Shown one piece after another: positions 1 to 27,704 of a stretch of 64,000 nucleotides of DNA. Made by a program: the position numbers and the translations under genes. The notes under the pieces were generated by a model that saw only the letters and a list, made by a program, of their open reading frames with translations, made no database searches and was not told the DNA's origin. The DNA is from Bigelowiella natans CCMP2755 (lineage: Eukaryota; Protista; Cercozoa), in contig ADNK01003288.1 in NCBI GenBank assembly GCA_000320545.1, forward strand, positions 1 to 64,000. The letters are read 5' to 3'. Position 1 is the first letter of the stretch, and each line of letters starts with the position of its first letter.

Positions 1-30
1 ACCTAACCCTAACCCTAACCCTAACCCTAA
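1..30. repeat. Telomeric repeat (CCCTAA)n / (TTAGGG)n, chromosome end
   Basis: The window begins acctaaccctaaccctaaccctaaccctaa. Confidence 0.95.
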
Positions 31-85
31 CCCCCCAACCTGACCCCCCAACCTGACCCCCCAACCTGACCCCCCAACCCTGACC
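31..85. repeat. Telomere-variant repeat, about 4 x CCCCCCAACCTGA
   Basis: A 13-14 bp tandem unit built from CCCCAA and CC(C)TGA directly abuts the CCCTAA array. Confidence 0.85.
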
Positions 86-89
86 TCAC

Positions 90-486
90 TTTCATTTCAA
101 CAAAGACATTGGTGGTGTGAAATTGGAAGAAAAAACCAAAGTTGTCCACCTCCAACTCACCCTGATGGATGAATCTGACTGGGCAATTGACACAGGGAAA
201 CACGTTCGTGTGCATTGGAGGCATGATGGCCAGGTGAAACGTTGGACCTGTGTTGTTGGAAAGCAGCAGAAAGGAGCATCATTCTCTGTGCGTGAGGTGG
301 GAGGTGATTCTTTTCCTTGGAGCGGTGACAATGAAATCCTTTCGCCCAAACAAGACGAATGGAAATTTGTGAGGCGGACTTGCATCGAAGATGCTGTGAA
401 GGATGCATGCAGTGCCTGCTCAGATGGTTCCAGAGGGCGTTGTTCACACGAAGCCATGGAGCATGACCCACAGGACGTGGTGAGCA

Positions 487-521
<35 letters not shown>

Positions 522-1045
522 ATCTTGACAGCTGTCATCTGAACAAACGCATTCGAATCATGAGGGAGTCGTCACTGAAAACAACAGAAGTGTGGAGGGC
601 ATGAGCTTGGACTGGGTCGCTCCCCACAAATTAAGTGAGAGTTGTCACAACCAGAAGGCCAGCAGACCACCTTCAGAATGGCAATTCCCCAGTTTGTTTG
701 CGAAAGATTTGTGTGCAATTTGTGTTTTGGTTTTGCAATGGTAGGTGTCCGTGCGAAGCCATCGACAAAATCGAATCACTGCCTGAGAGTTTTCTGTCCT
801 CAACAGACGAAATCAAGGAGGATTTCGTCGAGCTCGTGGACTCGCACAACGCTGGGAACGGCCATCCCAGCAACTGCGTGAGAGAGATCGTGCAGTTGAC
901 TGGGTGGCGAGCCGACAAAGTGTCCAACGTCACCAAGCGCTTCCTGCTAGCTCCCGTCGACTGCATGGCACGCGTGTGGCGTGCATTGTCACGGACGTGT
1001 GCGTGCTCCCATCTGGCCACCATGCGGACTGCTAGCTTGACATGA
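90..1045 (+). pseudogene. Decayed subtelomeric gene remnant, TpA-depleted, product unknown
   Basis: ORFs 117-542 and 635-1045 contain no Tyr but many His/Cys. An intron-like segment GTGAG...(TG)n...TTGACAG lies at about 480-531. No family recognised. Confidence 0.4.
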
Positions 1046-1290
1046 CCGCACTGCATCGCAGACATCGCAGACACAGCGAGACAGTCTAGCAGTCCCAAAG
1101 CCAGCAGTTTGTGTCACATGCACAAGTTCAAATTCACATGTGCAGACATTGACCAGATAGCGCATTTGAAGTGTCCCAGCATTGTGCATGTTGCAAATTA
1201 AATTCCATAGAATTAAGAAAGTTCTTTGTGGAACTATGTACACCGTTTAGCGATCATCTCCCTTTCGGTTTGAATGCATCATTATCACTT

Positions 1291-4200
1291 TTATTGGATA
1301 GAACATTCCTTTTTCTCCTCTATTCCTGTTGCAAAATGCACAGAATACGTCAATTGACCGGCACGAAAATAATAAATACTCGTGAGAAAATGACCATCAC
1401 CACCTACAACTACAGTTTCTATGATCTAATACTACCTGATCCCTCTCTTAAGATTGGCGCCACTGGCATGCTGTTATTAGCAGCTACTGGTGATGATGCA
1501 GCTGTTGGTCTTGCAGGAAGTCTCTCGCTCGCCACATTTTGTGATGGGTGTTTCCCTGCTGATTTCACGTAATATGTTAGACAATGATGACTTTTGGAAA
1601 AATTGGGGTTTTCGAGGCTACCCTTATGATATCATACTCGTTGATTTGTAAACTACATCAGTACTCCATGTGAAAAAACTCATAACAATCCTAATAATAT
1701 GTCATACCCGTTCATTTGTAAACTAAGAACATTATCATCATCATGTGAAAAGATAGCTGCTCTTGCTAAATTCATTATCATCCCAATTATTTGTTATTCA
1801 TCAACAATTTCTCTCCTCCTGCTACTGCTACATGATGGGATTAGTAGTACCTTGACCCCTCCTTCGATGATACCTCTTAGCATTCCGTGGAGGAGGCTGT
1901 TTGGGAGGAGGTGGTTTTGGTCCTGAAATTGAGACGATGATTGATTTCTTCGCTTGTCCTAAATGGTGATGATGGTGATTCAAAGGTGAGCAACAACAAC
2001 AATAATAATAATGATAATAATGATAAATTATCTTATGATTTTGCAAAATGTTCTACCGATAGATACACGATGAAGAGGTAGTACTTGATCACTTACTACT
2101 TGTATCATTATATTTGCCATACCTCTACGGCGAGATTTACGAGCGCCAGATGAAGACCTAGACGCTTTCACAGTGGCAACTGGTGGGGTCGTTGATGATT
2201 GCGTCCTTCCAGCCCCTGATAGTCTTCTTCCGCCTCCTCCTCCTCCTCGAGCCGTTGATCTTGGTGCAGAAGAAGGTGCTGTATTATTACCTCCTCCAGC
2301 TGGCAATGGTGGGAGGGGTTGTTGCCGCGATTTGCCACCTAATGGGCCCCATTAGTATGGTTACACCATACACACATACGTGTAAATACACAAATATTTG
2401 TGCACAGAACTTTTGCACTACAACTAGGTTGCTCTTTTAGTAAAGTAATAGTAGTAGTAGTAGTAGTAGTAGTGATAGTAGGGAATGATAAATAAGCCAC
2501 TAGATGATCTATCTACATACACACCCCCACCCACCCACCTTTAGCAGGAGTGACAGTAGTTGTTGCTGCTGCTGTCGTCGTCGCCTTCTTTGGAGCTAAC
2601 TTGCTCAGCAATGCATCAATCCTCGCTCTAACCCTCTTCGTAACCCAATCATTCCACAAATGCCAAGGTATTTGTTCCTTTTCGCTTTCATTCAACAATT
2701 CAATAGAGTTGAAATCCTCAAGCGTCAAACCTGCCGCTGTTAATAGGCCATGCTCCTGGAATCTCAGAAGCACCGAGGCAAGAGTAAGGGAGAAAAACTG
2801 TCTTTTTTGTGCCACAGACGGATCAAGTTTTACCTCTGGATCATCGTCACCAGCATTTGAGGCACTTGCCGCTGCACCATTGCTACTACTATCTTTGTTA
2901 GAAGCTTGATTTTTCTTATCTTCCTCTGCTTTCTTTGCCTTCTCTTCCTCTTCTTCTTTCTTCCTCCTCTTCCACTCGAGAAATTCCTCTCTTTCCTTCT
3001 GGATTTTTTTCCTCTCTTCTTCCATTTCCTTCTTTTGTCGTTCGGCTTCTTCCTTGGCTTTTCTATCCCGTTCAACCATTTCTGCCATTCTTTTCTTTCG
3101 CTCTCTTTCCATCTCCATTGTTTTCCTTTCGAACTCGCGCTTCTTATCCAGATATCCTGGCTGAATGAGCTCTTTCTTTCTCTCTTCGTCGACGTTCTCA
3201 AGAGACCCATTTTCACCAAAAAGTACGATGCTGATATCCGCATCATCTTTGCCAGATATCCTTTGCTCACCAATCTCAAATTCAACTGTTGGGAATGGAG
3301 GAACTCCCGGCAATTTTCCATTAAGACTTGCCCATGCACACACAGCAGTAATAGCATTGACAACCTTCCTAGGATTCTGAAGCAATGACAGATCATCTAC
3401 TTCGAACAATGCCTCTTTATTGATACCAAGGTGTTCTTGCATAGATGCAATGGCTGCACTGATATTTCGTTTGGCTGTCTCAGATCCTTCAGAGGCATTT
3501 TTAAATGTTTTATGCTCAAACTTTTCGTCCAATTTTTCGCACATTTGACACAAAGCGACACCATCAGAGAGACCATCAAATAGGTTTTCAGCAACGTTCT
3601 TGAAAACAACTTTCGACAGCCATTTTGCAGCTTGCTTTGCCACTTCGCTAACAATTTCATCAGAACTGAGACCCTTTGCTTTATTGGCTGCCAAAGCTTC
3701 CTGTGCGTCCCTCTTCTTTTTGATTCTACTTGCAATCTCCGCTATGAGAGCAGATCTTTGCTTGGATCTACGGAAATGACGTTGCATGAACAAAACAGAA
3801 CGTCGCACCCTCTTCAGCCTCTGCACAGCCAATGCAGTGCGAATTGCACCAATGAGATTTCTTGTGGCAATCTTGGAACGTACTTTTCTTAGAGATGAAA
3901 ACATTGTTTTGTTAATGATGGTAGAAATGCGAACCCAACGAGCCCATGTCTTCATTGCACGCATGCGTCTCAATCGCACCAACCAACGAGCGTAGCCTTT
4001 CATAAACGCACCTACGCGTTGTACGCGTTTTCGGATTAGGTGTTTCTTGATCTTCTCGACAAGATCAGCAGGAACCTTCCAGTTATTGCCTCCTTTTCGC
4101 ATTAATTCTTCCAAGAATTCTTCCTGTTGTCCTTTGAAGAATACCTTGGTCAATCCCATCTCAAAGTGTGATCTATTTTTATTGAAGCTCCGCAAGATAG

Positions 4201-6126
4201 CTTCACAAAAGTCACGTCTGTTCACGGTCTCCATCTTTTTGCGATCATGAGAGAAGACGGAAGGGGCATATCTTGCGAAAATAGCTTCATACGCAACACG
4301 TGTTGGATAACCACATTTGATGATCTTGATGGCCTCAATAAGGCCACCACACCTCAATTGATTTGCAACGTAAGTATCGTTAAACATACCAGCCTTTTTT
4401 TCCAGGTTTGGCTTGATACAACGCACGAAGTAAGGCTTTGTTTTGTTTAAGTTGGTCATGAGGTTTTTCAGCTGGCGAGAAAACACATAGCCGAGTGTTC
4501 GCTTCTTGGACTTCTTTCCCTTGAGTTTAACTAAGAGCTTGGACACGATGGGGGAATTGGACCCGCAGAAAAGAGCAACGCTATCTTCATGCACACGATC
4601 TTGATTCTTAATAAGAAATTCCTTCGCATCGTAGGTCACGGGCATAGCGTAGTGCTTGATCTGAAAACCGTTAATGCGCACTTTTTGACGACCCTTCTGC
4701 TTTGCTCTAGGATTTGTTGTCATTTGTCTCAGAGAAGGATGATAGCCGTGCTCCTTAAATAACAGCTGGGTGAAGGTTGCATCAGTAGCCTGAAAAAAGC
4801 ACACGAATATCATCAGTAACAACTGTAAATCATTGGCTGCTGGCATTTTCTGTGCGTCTGTGCGTGTACCCTGAATATTCTAAACCCTGCTTATTCTTCT
4901 GTATACGTGATTTCTTTCTCTCCGCAATGAATGGCATGATTTCTCCCATAATTAATACAGCTGCGACATAGTCAATCCATCCATCCATCCTTTTCCCTAC
5001 TCCTACTTCCTTACCCAGTGCCTAGCTACCTACCTAGCTACTACCTTCGGCATTTGTAGTGCATTATCCATGATAGCAAATATTCCACCTAGGTAGAGTA
5101 TAGAACAACAACAACAACAACAAGAACAGCAGATTGGTAAATAAAATGGTGCAAGAGATGTGGTAAGTTGAAACTGTATTGCTGTCAAACACAAGAATAA
5201 CTAACACAAATGATAAATTAGTATTATCATCGCTAGTAAGTACCTGGTCGCTTATTGATGAGGTCAAGAGTGGGCTTGTTATCAGGAAGCTTGATAGGCT
5301 TCCAGAAAATGCCTTCCCTTTGGTATTCCGCCTGTTGTAATAAGTTGAGGGGAGAAAGAGAGAAAGAGAGGCAGGAGACGAATGATAATAAGAAAATTAC
5401 AACGATAGACCGATATTACTTACGACTTCCTATCAGAACAATAAAATTACAACGATACTAGACAGACATTTCCTTACTACTTCTCACCACCATTACCACC
5501 ATTACCACACTAACCACCATTACTATCACCATTACTATCACCATCATCATCATCATCATTAAACTCTACTTACTTGCTCAGAAAGCATGATATTATAGTT
5601 GAAGTATCTTTGCAGGGTCTCATTAGTGAAGTTGATGCAGAATTGCTCGAAGGAATTGTACTCGAAGCATTCAAATCTGTAATGATGTATTTTTTTAATT
5701 TAATGTGATGACGATGACGGTGGAAGATATTTAATGGTGATATTAGTCACAAGAATGATGATCATTGACAATGAGGTTCTTCCTTCCAATAGAGGAATGC
5801 AGATATTACTACTACTACGATATTACTACTACTGCTACTACTACTACTACTACTGCATTCCACATCATCATCAAAATCAGCAGGTAGGACTACAAAGTTC
5901 TACCCGAAGACATCTAGAATCCCAATCCAATTTATGTTGGGATCGTTATCAAGATCATCCATTGTCATTTCCTTCTTTCCATCCTCGACTTCTCCCTTTT
6001 CTTCATCAGTTGTTACTGCTGCTTTCTTCTTTTTCCTTCTTCTCCTAACGGGAGGCAGAGGCGTATCGTCGTTATCCTTGTTCTCGAACATCGCGAACTT
6101 ATTGCCTAAATAAAAATATAAATATG

Positions 6127-6171
<45 letters not shown>

Positions 6172-6467
6172 CAGCACGAGGAGGAAGGGTGAGAATAATA
6201 AAGTTTGTAATAATATGTGTCTGTGTGTGAGAGATGTGTGGATGTTGTTCACGCACTCGTTGTTCACTTAGTTGGGAAAAAAGATAAGCTGTACTACTGT
6301 TTTAGCACATAATACCAAGTTTTTTCTTCTTCGCAGGTGATTTTTTCTTTAAAGCATTCTCAGCTTCTGCGAGCTTCTTCAGCTTTTCTTCCTCTTCTTT
6401 TTGAAGACGCTCTGCCTCCTCCTTTTTCTTCTGCTCCTCTCTGTCGTGGTGTAAGGGACACACACAC

Positions 6468-6514
<47 letters not shown>

Positions 6515-9500
6515 TAACAGAAGCAAGTCAGCGAAAGTAAGTAGGTATATTTTAGATCAGATGGCTTTCTTGATGAAACATACTCATTTATATCCGATTA
6601 GATATATCGACCGTTCTTTTGCCAACGCTGCATCTCGTTTGGCTTCTAGTTTCGAAAGAAACAATTCGTGGTTGATCTTCAGCACGACCCTGACAGAAAA
6701 CGAACACACACACACACACATAATTAACATTTGTTTTGATACTGTTTACATGCACGTAAAACATGTATAATAATCATCATCATCACGACCACGTTTAATT
6801 TGATAAAAGAAAGAATGAATAAGACTTTACAACACATTTGATTCATTTTGCTATGATTATTAATCAACAGAAAATTTTGATAATCACATACCAATCAAAC
6901 AAGGAGCCGTATATGGCTTTTGCAGTCGAGTCTCTGTTACTTTCTGCTTTCTCAATACTGTATTCCTTCATAATCACATTTCCACGAATCTACATATGTT
7001 GATAAGTAAAAGCAACACAATCATCTCAATTTGTCGATTCAAGAAGTGTGCGGTACTACTTGGAAACTAACACATCCTTGAATATAAAATGCAGCAAGAA
7101 GCCCCGCAAAGCCATCTCACCTCGCCCCCGGAATCATTAGATATATTATCTGATTTTCCAGTCATGCCATAATTATCCATAATGTTCGTTTTCTTTCCTT
7201 GCTACATGAACTACTACCGAAATGGATTCTTTCGTGAGTCGTGAAATAAGCTCATCTTCCTTGATCTCTAGTAGGTGTGCAGCCATTTTCACCGAATAAC
7301 TGAATAATAAGTGGGAATGCACAAAATGATAATATACCGAGTAGTAAGAACAATCCTTATAATACAGGTTCCCTTCCCCTACTCCTCCCCCTCTGATTGC
7401 TTCTTACTACTCACTCTGAATCTTCTGTGATCTTGCATGCATCACTAGTCTTAGTTTCATCGTCTTCAAACTCCACATTGCCAAGGTGTAAAACGGCGGC
7501 AACTGTGCAGAAAATCTTGGATTGATCTTCTTTCGTGAAACCTGACCAACAAAAACAAAAAAACAAGTGCCATTGCGTTGGTATCTGTGGTGGAATGTAT
7601 TTTTTATTAATAATACTATTCTACTACTATTACTACTACCTAACAGTTCCATAGCTTCCACAAGCTCCGTGAAGCGATACTCATCAGACATGCCAGGGAT
7701 CTCAATGCATCCACTCTGATTTAAGAAGGTAAAATCTTCGGCCTCGGTAATACCTGGAATTAAAGGTAGTTGATTAATAGAGTAAACTAGGGAGGAGGAG
7801 GAGGAGGAGGAGGAGGAGGAGAGAGTGGGGGGAAGGGGGTGAGATGTAGCAATGGTTTTCGTTTCCATTTAACCAAAAAAGTTCCCGCCAATAATATGCT
7901 TTGAAATGATAATGGTATGATCAAGATAATAGATCTTATTTATTTATTACCCAGATTCTTAAGAGAATCCTCATCGAGACCAGCACAAATCTAAAAAATT
8001 AGATGATTAACCCTTCTATTATATAACTCCAGTAGCAGCAAGCCTAGGAGCAGGTATGGAATTCAGGAACATTCCAACGCTAAACTTTATCATATTGTTT
8101 GGAATTCAGGAACATCATTCCAACGCTAAACTTGTTGTAATTAATCATATTGTTTGTTAGCACCTGATAAAAGACGTGGTAATTTCGTTCACCCTTTGCT
8201 TGGAAAACGACTCGAGTTTTTTCGAGCAAATAAGTTTCCATTGCAGACCCGACTATGTGGCCACCTATGATGATGATGATGGTGATGATGATGATGATAA
8301 TGGTGTCATGTTGTTAGATGAACTAAATCACAAATCTATCACTACTCTAGCTATCTATCACAGCTATGCTTTTACCAATCCCTTCTTTCTCTGGTTTCTG
8401 GAACAGCAACTTTGTGAATTTCCCGAATCGGGAGGAGTTATTATTCAGAAGAGTCTACACATGTCAACCAAAGCAGCAGTAGCAATTGTCACATGGAAAA
8501 CAAATGTCTGTACCCCATTGCTGTATCTACAACGGGAAATGCATAATTTTGCTTGTACAGTCAGTTCTACCTTCGCATTCCCGAAGCTCTCCAGGATTGG
8601 GTTTGCAGCCAGAATCTAGGTAGGTAGGGCAATTTGCTACTATTATTCTACTACTACACTCAATATAGTATGAAGATGGACTTCCACCACCATAAATTTG
8701 TTGATGAAACCTGCTGTTCAATCTTCGCTGAGGTAAGGTCGCCTTCTTGAACACCACCACCAGTACCTTCGGCTGCGATACTTCCACCTAATTATTTATT
8801 TTGAAATGGGGTAGATGAAGTATTTGAAGTTCAGGCTTTTCTTTCATCAAAATAAGTCGATGATTTAAAGGCTGCTTACTTTGGCTGCTTTTGTACAATC
8901 CCGTTGAGGTGGTATATGCGAGATGACGCATTAAATACCTTAACAAAGGAAGAGAACACAAGACACTCTGAGCATTCATCAATAGTTTGGAACGAAATAT
9001 TTTTACTTCGCATTTTCTGTTTTTCCAGCACCCGATTCCCCGCACACAACCATCGACTGATTTTTCCCAGTCCTTTGAATAGCAACTTTTAGTTGGATTA
9101 TTCATTGATGTAACAGAACATAATCTTCACCATATAAGCTGTCTGTAGGCTTGCTCTGCAACGTTGTAAACATGCGGCAATCCTTTTTCATACTTTGCCT
9201 TGTTCGCATAGTGATTAATCCGCTCTAACGTAACAATAAGATTCAGCTCAGAGGTTCTAGAGAAATAAAGAAGATATGTTTTACCATTTGTGTAACACTT
9301 CAATTGTTTGTAAGGATTCACAGCCACCAATACCGAAGATATGCCTAAGTGGAACATAAAAGCATATCAATGTTAGAATTTGTGATAATCATCAAAGGAA
9401 TAAATGAAACATAGAAACACGCTCGCACTCAAACAAAAAACCATATACATCTCATGGAAGACAGCACGAGCGCACATGTGAACGTAAGCGTACACACACA

Positions 9501-9889
9501 CCACACACAAACACACACACTAAATCAGAAAAGTAAGGATGTATGGAATGTTATGTGTAAGTTTTGACCATGTCCACCGAGTCTCTTCTGCATTCACAAT
9601 GCACGAGTCTATACTAGGTTTGAACTAGATAATTTCCCCTTTACCAGTGTAAATAAGATCCTTTTCATATCGGCACTTAACGTTGTGGACCACATGTGGC
9701 TCCTCCAGATATATCAGGGAGGATAAATCCTAGACACAGTACAATGTAGACAAGTAAGGGAATTGCGGATCATTTTTTTCAACTCCCTTCGATTATGCGT
9801 GTTCTTCGTACCGGCACCCCATCCAGTTCCTTAGGGTTTGGCACAAATGCCTTACTCTCTCCCTCCTTTTTCGTCTCTTTGGTGCTCAT
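1291..9889 (-). CDS. Unconventional myosin, multi-exon: motor, IQ-like neck, calponin-homology domain, ER/K-rich helix, Pro-rich tail, C-terminal CaaX (CSIQ)
   Basis: Spliced exons give [36 protein letters not shown]-loop GESGAGKT (about 9020-9045), [20 protein letters not shown], switch [20 protein letters not shown] and QLRCGGL. ATG at 9889, TAA at 1291-1293. Confidence 0.93.
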
Positions 9890-10964
9890 TGTAGAGTAGG
9901 GAGAGACGATCGAAGGAGATGACACGCGATCAGAGAGGGGGGGAGCAACCAGTTCCTTCTTCTAGTAAATAAGAATTTTAGTGCCGTCCCATGCAAGGTG
10001 TCTGACTAGAATTTTAAGATTTTTTTTTTAAGAGACAACAACTTTATGCTATGAAATAAGAATATTATACGGCGTTACAAGTTTCGTTTGCTATTTTACT
10101 ATGTATCTTTCAGCACCAAACTCTCTGAGAAATTAAGCTCAGAATGTCGATAGCCTTGAGAAAATTATGTTATTGATATAAAAATATAATACATATGATA
10201 TGTACGACAATAAATTTATCTGTTTTTAGATTCAAAACGACGTCACTTCAATATTTAGAGGAGAAGGCCTTGGGCTGCCTTCTTCACAGTTGAAAGTCCA
10301 CTTAACCCAAATTTGACGAACATGAAGGACTTCCAGGACTTTATGATAAAATTCCCTTGTTTTTGCAGTTATTCTCCTTAATCCGCCAAGTCATCTTCAA
10401 ATCTTCAAAGCTTTCGTGACTAATTTTTCATCAAATAAGCTTCCAGATTTTCAAAGAAAGAATCGGATTTTGGACATATACCGTGGAGGTATGTCTAATA
10501 GGTGCATAATTGGGGTAACATTTTACATTGATTTATGTCTTAAAGTCTTACTTGTTGATGGAGACGTAAGCTGCAAAGAAATGAAGAATTCTCATGCGAT
10601 GCACCCCAAGATCTATTGGACGACTTCATATTTCGGAACAACCAACAGCAAGAAGAACCTGTTCTCTTCGTCACGTGGTGTGCATGCACTACGACCGTAC
10701 CGACTAAAAATGATTGCATTCGCCTCGTAGATCTACCAGTCGCATGGGAAAATAACAATGGGAAAATAACAATGGAAAAATAATAGTCTACCACATAGAT
10801 CTAGATCTCCATGGATCATCTACTCGTATCGCAGCACAAAATAGATCTAATAATTTGGCACACACTTTGGCACGTGCTTTATTAAACGACACACACACCG
10901 AAGGAGGGTCGTTTTCTTTCACACTATCTACTCGTACTACTACGACTAGGACCAAAAAGTCAAA

Positions 10965-15177
<4,213 letters not shown>

Positions 15178-15253
15178 AGTTAAGTTATTATTGAACAATG
15201 ATTGATAGCATAGGTAATGTATGTATTATGGTACGTGCAGGAGGATGTAGAAG

Positions 15254-15307
<54 letters not shown>

Positions 15308-15479
15308 AGCGAAGTGGAAGAAAGAAAGAGTCTACAAAGATTGTTTTGAGCCTCATTGAGTATCAGCGATGAGATGAGCGAATTCAAATAAATGTTGGTG
15401 ATGACAAAGTACGCCGTAATTAGTCACATTTCTTACATTCTATTACCTTGTCTAATTTTCCCTTGATATCGTCATCAAA

Positions 15480-16800
15480 TCACCATGATCCTGGAAATCA
15501 TTAGCATCGATCTCAATGCACACACATCATCATTGTCGTCTAGGTTGGTTGTGCAAGTGGATCCAAAAGTCATGTTGTTCCTAACACTTAATAGCAAGCG
15601 GGATAAGATCAATGCGTGTCGTGTGGATTCATTACACGTAAGCAAGGACAGGATGAGAAGCAGTATGCACAATACTAGAACACAGGCATGCGACTACTTG
15701 CATGCTAGACTAGACTAAGTGGTACAGCTATTTAGCTGTGACTTGCAGTCCCATGATGCAATGACCGCATAGCAGTGTACTCAGAGGAATCATCGACATA
15801 AATACCGAGAGGCCATGCTAGCATGAGCCGGAAATCAACATCATCGTTTTAGCTTGCGCTCCAGCTACGCTGTGGCATCGTGACGAGCATCAATGCAATT
15901 GTCAATGATCATGCTGCCTCCGCTAACCTGATGTGAACAACTACATATCGCTCTAGCGCTGGGCTCTCTAGCTCTCCTCGCCTGTAAGACGATGTAATCA
16001 ACAAATTATATTTGTTCAATCTAGCAATGGTCATCCTTATGTAGCTATTCAATCTATGCTAGCAATGCTAGAATGCAGCGCCTGTCTGCTGTGGCTGTGC
16101 ATGTACCTCACTAGCTCGCCATCTGCTAGTCTGTTCGATCACTGCTATAGCACGTGCTGCTAGATTGCTGTCGATCGAGATTTGCGCACACACGCTAGCT
16201 AGCTAGCAGCACGCGGCTGCATTGTAGCATCTTTAGTACTAACTAGCTAGAAACAGGCATGCGCATGCCATTTGGCTAGCTAGCATGCATGTTGTGTGAG
16301 CACGAACTTCAAATGAGCTTTCAAGCTTTGCGCAGCGATCGACGTACGCTAGGTACGACGCTCTAGTGCTAGCTAGCTAGGATGATATCTCGCTGCTTGC
16401 GATGTCGAAAATGTAGAAATGCTAACTAGCCGTGATAGCGTGGCGACATCTCTAGACCTTGATGGCCACCTGCTAGAAAACGTATGTGCGCTTCTTAGAC
16501 TACTCTAGTACTGCTAGCACGCACACTTGTATTGCAATTTTTTTTCAGTTCAATTCGCACACAAGCAAGCTTATGACCTCCCTCTAGCGTAAGAGCGCTA
16601 CTAGCTAGCTAGACAGTCAAGAAGTCTAGATATAGTATGATGTACAAGATCTAGAGCAGATGATGGCTAGATGATGTTCTTTGCCACAATAACTAGACAA
16701 GCATCTGTGACAGTAGTCCACCATTCAATGCATATGATGACTGAATGCCAACCCACACTGCTAGACTGCTCTAAGAATGAGAACAACACTTCAATGGCAT
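15480..16800. other. CTAG/CATG/TGCA-rich spacer between convergent genes (ADF-H gene and BEACH gene)
   Basis: Dense GCTAGC, CTAGCTAG and GCATGC; no microsatellites; most TA is in a CTA/TAG context. Confidence 0.8.
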
Positions 16801-16958
16801 GCTATTCATTATTGCTATTGTTCAGTAGCAGTTGAACCACTAATATCCAAACACCTTCTCAGATTTTGTTCAAAGGAGAAATGTAAAATCTAAGCCAGAT
16901 GGTAAGTTGTAGGACCGGAAAGGTGCTGCTTCGTGGATGCAAGATGGCCATTAAACTA

Positions 16959-27250
<10,292 letters not shown>

Positions 27251-27704
27251 TAGGGCAAAGAGTTTCTTTTTAGACAGAAGTAAAGAAATTAGAAAATCAA
27301 CACCACCAACATTAGCTGCAGGAGTGATTTCTAGCTGAAGGGATGTTGTTTGGTTAAGCTTCGGATTGACGCCGTGCTTACCTGTATGCTTGAAGGAGCA
27401 AACAGATACGGGTGGAATTTTGTCAGACTTAATCCTGCAACCGACTGTGCTCTAAACACGGCTATCAATGCTCGAGACACGCAAATCAGCCTGATATTTA
27501 ATAAATAGACTGTGTTTTGGTATATCATGTTGTCGTGGAAGCTCTGGTTATCTTGAAGCGTGACAATGGAATGTAGTGGAAGAGATTGCACAATTAAGAC
27601 ATGAATATTTTCATGTCGTATGTGACAAATCATCTGCTTTTTATGTCTAAATTACTTAAGGTTGAAATTCCTTCACCCGTCGCCTGTATTGCAGCATCTG
27701 GGGC

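Noticed and set aside
8527-9105. Abutting ORFs 8788-9105 and 8527-8787 separated by one TAG, suggesting readthrough or an alternative code
   Set aside because: The TAG is the acceptor of a GTAAG..TAG intron. The myosin continues in another frame (SGSIAAEG..KIEQQ), and no gene model here needed stop reassignment.
15480-16800. CTAG islands as CpG-methylation decay or classical RIP
   Set aside because: CpG is plentiful in the islands and in the TA-free tracts, and RIP would raise TpA rather than remove it.
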